Positions 45,201 through 55,300 of a DNA stretch of 64,000 bases are shown piece after piece. The position numbers and the translations under genes were made by a program. This stretch comes from the human T2T-CHM13v2.0 reference genome, Homo sapiens. The notes under the pieces are model-generated. The model saw nothing but the letters and a program-made list of their open reading frames with translations, did not search any database and had not been told where the DNA came from. The DNA is taken from the NCBI RefSeq assembly GCF_009914755.1, contig NC_060931.1. The stretch is one strand, 5' to 3'. How positions within the stretch are numbered: the stretch's first letter is position 1; every line of letters begins with the position of its first letter.

Positions 45201-46016
45201 TTATGGAAGTCCATCTAAAGTTTTCTTAGCATAAAATCTAAGACAGAATTTTTATGTGTATCTTTATTTAACAGCATGAAGTAACATCCCAGCAATGCCT
45301 TAAAAAGGCATTTTATCAAATATGTAAGGACCTGCATCATTGACTATTTGTTCTATTAAACTACTGATAAGAACACAGAGTTAATTTTTCTTTTTTCCAC
45401 ATTTTCATAAACTTTATACTGACACAAAATCAAATTGTTTTGTTTTTAATTACAGGGCTTCTTTATGCTTTAATATTCATGAAACTCTCCAAAAAAAAAT
45501 GGTTACATAATGAGTAAACAGCACTTTCCCAAACTGATTTGGACATAAAATCCTTTTGTTATTTCATCTCACATACATATGTTCTATAGACTACACTTTG
45601 GGAAACCCCCATCAGAGGTCCTAGCCCTATTCTCTCTAAGTTTTATTATCTGCTATGCTGCTGACAGAAATTAGATGCTTAACCCAACAACAGGCTGTAG
45701 CAGCCTCCAAAAATGTATATTCCCTTAGTTTAGTTGGCTCGGGTGGTACAGCAATTTCAGAAGCCTTAGGAATTCCATGGAACAGAAGATCCCTGACCTT
45801 CTTGCATAGAAATGGCACACAGCATTCCCGTAAATGACCTATTACAAAATCAGTCAAGGTCCCCTGAAGAACACATAAATGTTCCCATAAAATGACTCAG
45901 AGATAGAAGGTGGGAAGGGGATAGGGAAGGCAGGAAGGGACTCAGAGAGAGACAGTTTTGTGCGACCTGTCCATTCTACCTCAGGGAACCTGCACAGTCC
46001 AAGGCATGGTACTTAC

Positions 46017-46125
46017 ATGGCCATGTTGATCCAGTTCATTGTTGGTGAGTTTCACCTTTTCAAAAGACACCATCTGTTTGAGTAGTTGCTCACCGGTAAA
46101 AGGAGAATCTGGATGCACATAGAGC
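46017..46125 (-). CDS. TBX20: TBX20 coding exon 4 (109 nt), T-box
   Basis: TTTCTTAG acceptor; [36 protein letters not shown]; donor GTAAGT. Confidence 0.96.
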
Positions 46126-46385
46126 CTAAGAAAATTAGGAGAAAACTTTATTGAGACTTCTTTAAAAAGTCTGTCTCTGTAGGTTATAAAATGTTCTAAT
46201 TCTAAGGGAACACATAAACCATATATAAGTGGGAAATTTTATTGCCCTATATACCTCAAATTTATTACTATTGCAATGTCAAAACAACTGAAAAATGTCT
46301 AATTATTTCTTCATGTACCAATTATCTAAATGAGATAATACTTAACAAATTTTCTATTAAAAGCTGAGCAAGGCATTGTTTAAAG

Positions 46386-46387
<2 letters not shown>

Positions 46388-46422
<35 letters not shown>
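46388..46422. repeat. (GT)17 microsatellite, intron 3
   Basis: Directly visible. Confidence 0.95.
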
Positions 46423-46428
<6 letters not shown>

Positions 46429-48796
46429 TCTATCTAGTCAACTACTGGTCTGCTTCGATCAAACGCAAAATCTTCTTGTTGAAGGTGCTTTCAAAAGAAA
46501 AACTAGCTTACACTAATCGCATGAGTTCCTATTATAAACATCTCTTAAATAACAGTGAAAACATAAATAATTTAAAAGAGAAAATAATTTTAGAGAATCC
46601 ATTTATTTAAACTTAAAGTTTTAAAGTTTGTGTTCTTTGTAAATATAAGATGGAGCAATTTTAATATAGGGACATGGAGAACTCCCAGTAGTCCACCGAT
46701 CAGCTAGGATTCTGTTCTTCCTGTTACATTAAACACTACTGCTTTCATCATTATCTGTTTATGTGCTCACTAAATGAGAGTTAAAACAAGCTAGACACAC
46801 TTCACATTATTCAATTTATTTATCTGTAAACAGTGTAAGCCAAAAAAAAGCTCTCACATCTTTTACGCACTCACAGTTAAATGCAGGTCACTTTTTCTAC
46901 CTGTGACAACGCCTTAAATGCAGCTCTTTGTAAGTCCCCATCCTGGTATCTTCTTGACTTAAGTCTTTCTGAAGTCAGAGAGAGACTACAGAACTAATGA
47001 AGGGGAAGCAAAATCCTTGATTTAATAGGACAAATTCCTTTATCCACGTAAAAGGTTATTTACACCTAAATTTTATATAGGATCCTTATAACTACAATTA
47101 AACATAAATATTTTTACTAGGGCAAAAGCAAGGGATAAGAAGTCATAAAATTTTTCTTGCATTATTCATGTAAAGAACAAGAAATCTGTTCCATGGTTTG
47201 TCACACAGAGGACTACGAATAGAAGAATTCTGTACAAATGCTGAAACTTACAAAGCCCACCAGGAGCAATGCACAAAAAAGGTTGACAGCACCAAAGACT
47301 CTTACCAGACCTACAGAGGAACTGTAAAGGCTTCAGGCATTTGTCTGCCTGTTAATTCCACTGTTTTTAGGAGGATTGCTCACAGTTGCCTTTCAATTAT
47401 TCTTTGATAACACAACCACTTTTCAAGTACCATCCTTCCAAGACTGTAGCTTTATAGGTGCAATTGTTTTACTGATCAGAACCACATTCCTCCCTCTAAA
47501 AAAGTCCAAAATTATTTAAAGTCCTAAAGTTGATGAAATGTTCCCTCTCTAAGGATCACATTCACCACATGTAATGGCTATTAATAAAATATTAATGTAA
47601 TTAAATATTATGTACTTTAAAGAAAAGGAGATGTCCTATATGAAAAGGTAACATTATTTTAGATCATAAGTAATATCTTGCTTATTATTACAATCAAGTG
47701 ATACTGTCAAGCATTATTTCTTCCGATTAGGAATGACTGACCAATGAACTTCAGCCTGAACTAAAATGCTTCAAAGTCCTAAAACCATGGGAAATTTTTG
47801 CCATCAGTATAAAAATTATCATCTCCCAAGTTCTTCGTTTTTCTCTTATGGAGATAGATAAGTAGCAAACTATTTATTTTAATAATAATAAAGAATAGTT
47901 GCTAAATTATCTATTTTTTATCCCATAATAAGCTAAACATTTTTATTTAATATCAATCTAAAAAAGCTGAACTAGGATTAATGAAAAAATATACAGGAAG
48001 CCCCTCCTCTCAAGTCCCCCAGAGACTTAAAATTCCAGCAATAGCTTAAACATGCTTCAGTTAAGATAGTGTATTGGTACACACTTTTTTTCTCCAACCA
48101 GAACAGATTAGTAACATAAACAAGGCATGTCATATTTCCAAAGTCCTGCTGGCCTGCATCAGCTCCCCATACCTTCAGATAGGAAGAAAATGTATGTTTA
48201 ATAAGAGTGATTAACTTCTTAGAGGAAAGACTGGAGGGCAAAAAAAAAAAAAAAAAAAAAGAGGGTTTGCTTGTAGAAAATGGTTAGGAATCTGCCAAAA
48301 TACTCTCTCAGGTTTAAAACGGTATTGAAAAGTTTGGAAGGTAGCTAAAGAATAATAGTAAACTATTTAACAGTAAATAGAAGAGAACACTAATTTTATT
48401 AATTTTAATATCTATTATAAACTGGTGAATCTTGCTCAACTAAAAAAAAACTAATAGCAATTGTTTTTTAGATTTTCTTAGTCTTGACTGTTATTTAATA
48501 TACTGATTTGAAAGGGCTGGGAAGACGCCCTTTCTGGTCTCTTCCGAGAATGGAAAACTCTGAGAGATTGCTTTTAATCTCTTTTCTAGTGCACTTAGCA
48601 TACGATAAACTCAATAATATAATAAACTACTAATTAAGCTGAATATTCTATCTGAACCATATGTGTAATTGTCTGTTGATTCTCTGCCTTGACTATGACT
48701 CCAGACTAGACACAAAGTACCAGCCGTAACTTAACAGTTCCCAAATCTGTACATTTAAATAAATTCTTAGCTCTGATACAAACTTTCAATCAATCA

Positions 48797-48863
48797 CAAA
48801 AAATTAGTCATTAAACAACAAAAATTAGTCATTAAACATAAACAACAAAAATTAGTCATTAAA
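48797..48863. repeat. Three-copy tandem repeat of CAAAAATTAGTCATTAAA
   Basis: Directly visible; spacers CAA and CATAAACAA. Confidence 0.9.
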
Positions 48864-49750
48864 GAAAAGCTATGAGGCTGGGTTTTAAAATCCCAAACAT
48901 AAAGTCAGCTAATATGTTTTGTTTTGTATTAAAGTAGGCAGTTACATTCCTGTAACTTCATCTATTATTCTTCATATAAGCAAGTATATGTTTTCCTGTT
49001 AGAACTCTCATTTAGTTAAAATAATAACAGTAAAGGTTTGCATGTGCTTTTTTAAGGATGGTACTCCTGGAAAAACTGTATTATTAGCAATGAATTTCAC
49101 AAGAGTAAATATGCATGATCCCTAATATGTTAACTGAGGAATGTTTCATGTAAAAGAACCAGTTATTGAATTACATTCATCCACTAAAATTATAAAGGGA
49201 GAAAATAAGACTTGGCTTTATTTTTTTACTTAAAAATCTCTGAACCTTTATTGGTCAAAAACAACTGAATTTTACCTAAATGTTGTTTATTATATGCAGT
49301 TATAACCATATGATTAACAAATACTTACTGTAAGCAACGATTTTACTAAAATACACTCTTCTAAAAAGGATTTTAGGACAACCATTTCATCAGTAGGTTT
49401 ATTCACTCTGGTTTTAAGCAGCAATTAGAGAGGATGTCTATATTTATATTTATACAAAATGGGTCCACATTTCTAATGAATACTCAAATTGAAATTTAAG
49501 AAAAACTTTGAAATGAATTACTGCCTAACGAAACATAAACTTAAAGACAGTGTTTTCTCTATGCACAAACTACCTTTCTCAGAGCCTAGCCCATGTTTTG
49601 TGTAGTCAATCCTGGAGTGTCCAGGCTTGGAATGCTCTCTTGCCAGAGCCCGCTGCTTTAAAAATACACTTGCTTAAAATTCACACAAGCCAGAAACATT
49701 CTGACAGATGCACTAACAGTTTTCTCAGTGAAAAATCTGGAGGCACGAAC

Positions 49751-49915
49751 CTGGCTGGCAACGGCGGGTCGGCCTTGCCAGCCACCAGCCAGGAGGACCG
49801 GTGGTAGGCGTAGCGGTACCTCTTGTTGTCCACAGGGACGATGTCCATCAGGACTATGTACTTGGCCTCAGGATCCACCCCCGAAAAGGACACCCGGATG
49901 GTTGGAAACATCCTC
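49751..49915 (-). CDS. TBX20: TBX20 coding exon 3 (165 nt), T-box
   Basis: (CT)n...TCAG acceptor; [54 protein letters not shown]; donor GTTCGT. Confidence 0.97.
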
Positions 49916-49920
49916 CTGAC

Positions 49921-49936
49921 AGAGAGAGAGAGAGAG
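49921..49936. repeat. (AG)8 microsatellite forming the exon 3 polypyrimidine tract
   Basis: Immediately upstream of the exon 3 acceptor on the minus strand. Confidence 0.9.
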
Positions 49937-51024
49937 AATGGGCCCTGTTTATGCTGCCTAATAAACTGACCTGAATTAGGAAGAGAGGAAGGGAGGGAGG
50001 GAAGGAGGGAAAGGGTCTGACTCCCCTCTCTATCCGGTCCACAAACCCCTCTTTTGTTTTGTTTAAAGCCTCAGAGAAGTGAATACAGAGACAGGGTTTT
50101 CTTCCAAGCCTAGATAATTTTAAGTGTCACCTTTAAGCAGGTGTTAATTGCTAGGTGAAAAGGTGGGGGTGGGGGTGGGGGTATGTGTTAACTCCAGAAG
50201 GTCTGTGATTAGGGAAAATCCCATGCATTTTAACGATCAAGCACATTAAGTGTCCCAGGACCCGAAGTCCCTGGAGCTGACCCAGTCACACAACTCACCC
50301 GCATCCCAGCCAGAAAACTCTGCTCTTGCAAAATAAAAGCCAAAAGCAGAGGTTTCTGGGAAGGATTTCTCAGATGCCCTGCAGGTATTTTCTGTAGTCC
50401 CAAGAGCTAGAGCCACCAAGTTTTGCCAGCCTCTGCCCCATCCCAACCTCCCTGCAGCCCTGCAGCTTCCTGCCTGGCCAAAGCCCGCCCGGCTCTGGCG
50501 CCAAGAGGCCCCGAGCAGTGCTCCTTCCTACAGGGAATTTTATCGTTTCAAATTTCATTCTTCCGCCCAGGTTTTAATTTTAGTTTTTAATGGGAGCTGG
50601 CAGCTTTTGCAAATTGAGGCTGATAAAAGGGAAGCTACTCACCTACCTAGAAGCACCCAGCAGCTCACCAGGCACCCAGGCACAAATTCCTCCTCCTTCC
50701 AGATCCCGACCCTCCACCCGCCAAACCTTCTCCAGCTCCAGGGAAAGCAGACCACACCCTTCGGGGTTAGTGTGTCTCCCTGGTCCCTGTGCCCTTCTCA
50801 ACAAAGCCAGGGTGGGGCTTCCCATGACCAAATCCTGAGAACGCAAATGACTAGACATCCTGTAGCTCCTAATGCAAGCTGGTGGAAAGCAGCTGCCCTG
50901 GAGCCAAGCTGTCTCTCCGCTCCATGACCAGCCAGCTCTCATCTAGTTCCTGGAAGCACCCTCAACTACCCAGGGAGTGTCCTGACTCTCCACCCCCAAC
51001 CCCCAACCCCCAAGTCCCAACTAC

Positions 51025-51277
51025 CTGCCCGACTTGGTGATGATCATCTCGGTGCCCAGCTCATGGAATTTGTCCCAAAGCTCCTTGGTCTCCAGGCTGC
51101 AGGCAATTTTGGCCATTTCCTCACTGGGGATGATGGGGGTGGTGGGGATCAGTGGCTCAGTGCACAGAGAGGAGGAGGACGGGCTGCTGCCACTGCCTCC
51201 ACCAAACTCCCCATGAGCATCCAGGCTGGTCAGCTCACCCAGGGGCTGGGCACAGGACGACTTCTCCACAAATTGCT
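51025..51277 (-). CDS. TBX20: TBX20 coding exon 2 (253 nt), start of T-box
   Basis: Acceptor CAG at 51280-51278; (E)[11 protein letters not shown]...[23 protein letters not shown](R); donor GTAGTT at 51024. Confidence 0.97.
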
Positions 51278-54200
51278 CTGGAGGTAAAGAGAATTGTGAA
51301 TGACAGCTGACACTGTTCAACAAGGAAAGATCTGGAAAGAACAGCATAACCAAAATGGTCACTTGGATTTGACTCAGGAAAAGTTAAGCTCAGAAACTCC
51401 AGGCAAGGCTGTAGGGATGACCCATCATCACTGTATAAAATTACCTGGGATTCCCACGGAGTAGCATGCCCAGTGTTTCCTGACCAAGCTAGTGAGTTCT
51501 AGAATGACTGCTTTTCACCACCAGTACTGCAGCCCACTTTGGGAAATAAAAATGTAAGAGTGGAAGAAGGGAAGGGTGATGATCATGAGGGATGAAAAGC
51601 AAATATTCCTATTGTCACCCCTCCCAAATTCTAGACTTCGTAGCTCATGGAACTGATGCCAGTCCTGCCTCTTTGACAACCAGGAGAACTTTTTCTCAAC
51701 GGAGACAAAGGGAGTGAAGAGATCAGCACCTTCCTCACCTGGAGAGGAACTTTCCTTCCTTCCTGGAGCCCTCTCTCCATAAGAGAAAAGGAAAGGAGGA
51801 TAGGAGGGTAAAAGAAAAATGGGGAATGTGGTTTACAAAAAATCAGTTACTTCACCTCTGTGCCTGACTTTCAGTTTTCTAGGCTTTATGATGAGAGTTA
51901 GAACATTTTTATAATATTCTTCCCAGCCTGAGATCTTATGAAAGATGCTAGCATACAGCTTGCTAAATCACAGGAGCAGGTTCTGTGGGCCATTTTCAGA
52001 AGAGGCTTAGAACAATTACTTGAGGGGTGAGGTATAAAATTTTTCTTTCTCCCAGAAAGGTCCTAGAAGTGAGGACAACAACCTCAAATCCAGACCAGCA
52101 GTGTATTAAAGTGGGAAGAATGCTCTGCCATCCACCACCAGGTTGGAATACTGCTGCCTATGAACCAAACATTCTCCCCCACAGCTGATAAGGGCCTGGG
52201 ACTACACCAGTCACTTTGATGGAATACAGGGAGACTTCTGTAATTGTCCCAATTATCTTCCATCCCTTAAAAAAGAAACTACTTGAATTTGCAATGTGAA
52301 GTTGATCTCTTAAGTGCCCTCAAGAAATCAAAGCCAGTTCTAAATGTATGTATGTACATGTACATGATGTGTGTGGGCATATGGGACACGCACAGATCAT
52401 AAGGTGTTTTATTTCCTACACATCCGTACATGAAGAAAACAGGAAACAGAGTGGTTTTACTTTTACTTCTCATGCAATGATAATCCAACCCATGAAAATG
52501 TTTTAACTTAAGAATAATCAAATTAAATGCCATCCTGATTTTTTTCAGATTAACGAAAGGAAACCATACCATAACAAAATCTTATTTTCTACTAATATTT
52601 TCAGAAACACATTCACATAATGTCTTCGGAGGGAATTAAGAAGTAGTGTTAATGACTTTTTTTTCTGACAACTGAAAGAGGCAAACTCCCTAAGCCCCAG
52701 ACTGACCAATGCATCAGGATGGGAAGTAGGAGAGGAAGAAAATGAAATAGAAATGCTTCAGCAGACTGAAGCTGTTCCTTTAAATAGACTTTGTATGTTT
52801 AAAAGGGCAATCCTGGGACACACTGGAATCCCCCTCCCCACTCTATAGTTTGCTTCAACAAAAGTCCCACATTCTCTCTTAACAGAACTTTTAGGTGTTT
52901 CTCTTGATAGAGTCCTTGGCTTGCAGTCACCTCTGTTGAACTGGCCAGTGTAAGCGACAAGAACGCCTGCTAGTTCTTTCAGAGCCCATCTCAAAAGCCA
53001 GGAGAGGGACATGCATTTTATACTAGTGCCTATATGTGTGTGTGGGCATGGGGGTAGGGTTGGAGTTGTGAGCTGGGCATGGCTTTAAAGTTCAAGATTT
53101 AGAATTTTCGATATAAGGTGGCTTTTCTCAGAAAAATAAAGAGAGAAGGAAGCAATGTTGAAATGACAGTGCAGCTGGGGCTGGCATGTTTCCCAATTTG
53201 CTGTCTACACTTCTGTCGGGAATCCTCTTTTCCTGCTATGTAACAAGCTGAGATGTTTACAAAGAATTCAGGGGCCCCTAAACAGCAATGTATAATGTTG
53301 AGAAGTCGCACAATATAACTTTGAAATTGTTAGTTATATTTTTCTAAACAATTGGATTTTGTTTGATTGATTGTCTCCATTCTTTGGCAGGTTTAGATTT
53401 AGATGGGAGGTGGGTGGGAAGAACCAGGGGAAGGGGGTGAAAACTTAGAGGACAGATTTTTTTTTTTTTTTGACATTCTGTTTTCTACAGATCTACTAGT
53501 TTCTTTTTCCTTGGTTTCAAGTAGCTACAGGAATTTTACTTCTCTCATCTTTAAGCCCAAACACCTTATTTTTGATCTCTAACACTTCCTTTTTTTCATG
53601 TTATCATTATTTTGGATGTGATATGTTAAGTGTTGGGAAGGACAGAGAGAAGAAAGGAAAAATTGGGGAGGGTTAAAAAAGAAAAATTAACTTAAGTTTG
53701 CTATCTGATTTTCACATTGTAGTGATACCAGACGATCAGGCTGTGTAACAATTATTTCCTGGGGATCCACGAGGCAATGATGAGAACACTTCTTTTTCCC
53801 TCAGTTGTAAAGAGATTCTTAAATATTTATCTTGGGGTGGTTCTTTTCCATGTAATTCACTAGTGTTAAGAAGAACATAATCCCTGTTCTCCCTTTACTC
53901 CTAGCCTAGTGTCTTCTATAAATGGTAAAGGTTGTTAAACAAACAACATAACTAAAAGTAGAGGAATTTGAGAAATGGTTACTGGTTAGTGTTTTTGCCA
54001 ACCTCAACTGAAAATGACGACAGTTATAAAATGATGTCTTGGTGATAAGTCTAGAGCTTCAGTGAATAAAATGGTTCGTGTAGGGAGAACTGGCTTATTC
54101 TGCTTTACAGTGGTTTCAAAGAGCTTGCTCTGTTTTGTCTATTCAAGTCAGAGGAAAACCAAAATTAAACTGGTTTCTTATGAAGTCCTTTAGCGTCTCC

Positions 54201-54570
54201 GTTTCAAACGCACAAGCAGGTGTTACATGCACAGTAAATCCTGTTGAGCCTTAAAAGGGGTTTTATTATTATTTTTCCATGAATGTTTTTAACCCAACAA
54301 ACATACACACACACCATATGTCTGATCTGATATATGGATTCTAGACAACTTAGGAGACCGACGGGCCCAGATATAAGATGCACATTCACAGCATTCAACA
54401 GACTGAAGCCTCCAAAGAAAACTTGGACCCAAAAGAAAAAGATCTCCCACCCGCGATGTATGGCTCATGGCTTGAGCATCAGACGTTGCTGCGAGCCGCC
54501 TGCAGCCAGGGGCACAGACGGATGCGCAGCATCCCCAGTCCTCGGCGGACAGCCGGGTAGCCCAACTTAC

Positions 54571-54697
54571 CCAGGGGTTTGATTGTGTTCTCCGTCGCCT
54601 CCTTCTCCTTAGAGCCGCCGCTCGACATGAGCGCGGCAATGGAGAAGGCGTTGGCCCGGGAGGAGAGTTGGGGCTTGGGGGACGCCGTGAACTCCAT
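54571..54697 (-). CDS. TBX20: TBX20 coding exon 1 (127 nt), includes eh1 motif
   Basis: ACCATGG strong Kozak at 54697; MEFTASPKPQLSSRANAFSIAALMSSGGSKEKEATENTIKPL; donor GTAAGT at 54570. Confidence 0.97.
54626..54646 (-). other. eh1 Groucho/TLE-binding motif (FSIAALM, aa 18-24)
   Basis: Matches the FxIxxIL/M eh1 consensus found in the Tbx15/18/20/22 group. Confidence 0.85.
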
Positions 54698-55173
54698 GGT
54701 CCCCAGCACGCGGTCCTGGCCAGGGACGGGGTCGTCCGAACTGCCGTCCAGATTCCCCAAGGGAGACAAAGACCCGAAACACAGCTCAAAGTTTCCGAGA
54801 GCAGTCACAGCGGGGCCAGGGACTCCAGAAGTGTCAGCTCCAACGACTCCAGAGCTGCACACTGGCCTCTATTCCCCACCGCAAAGCCCCAGAGCCGCAG
54901 AGACTTCGAAGGCAGCCGGAGAGGAGAGGGCCCACCGAGCACTACGGCGGGTGCGCACGCCCCGGGGCGCTCGGCAGGACGACAGTCTGCACAGCCCGAA
55001 GGCGGAAACGAGCATCAACTGCACAAAGTCCTGGGGTCCTGGAGCATCCCCTCCGCGTCCTTCCTCCCTCTGGGGCTGGGGACAGCCGGGATGTCCCAGG
55101 CTGAGGTGGCCACCAGCCGAGCGCGGCTGCTAGGACGCTGGCGTGGGGAGCGCGGCGCGGAACTACGGACAGT
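54698..55173 (-). other. TBX20: TBX20 5' UTR (predicted) carrying two uORFs
   Basis: Lies between the predicted Inr and the main ATG; only two upstream ATGs (55047, 55015); 5' limit is inferred. Confidence 0.6.
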
Positions 55174-55300
55174 GAGCCCTGGCGCTCGCTGCCCTGCGCC
55201 TTAATTTGCTGGCGGCGGCGATCCCGGAGGCCCGCAGCCAGTCAGCGCCGTCTCACGTCACCGCTTCCTGATTCCGCCGCCGGGGGCGGGGCCGCGGGCC
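55165..55300 (-). promoter_or_regulatory. TBX20 core promoter
   Basis: Inr-like TCACT (A at 55173) about 30 nt downstream of AT-rich AATTAA (55201-55206); CRE-like TGACGTGA (55253-55260); ETS core CAGGAAG (55264-55270); GC box GGGGCGGGGC (55283-55292). Confidence 0.6.

Noticed and set aside
48797-48863. CRISPR-like repeat-spacer array
   Set aside because: Eukaryotic intron, 3-9 nt spacers, no cas genes; simple slippage repeat
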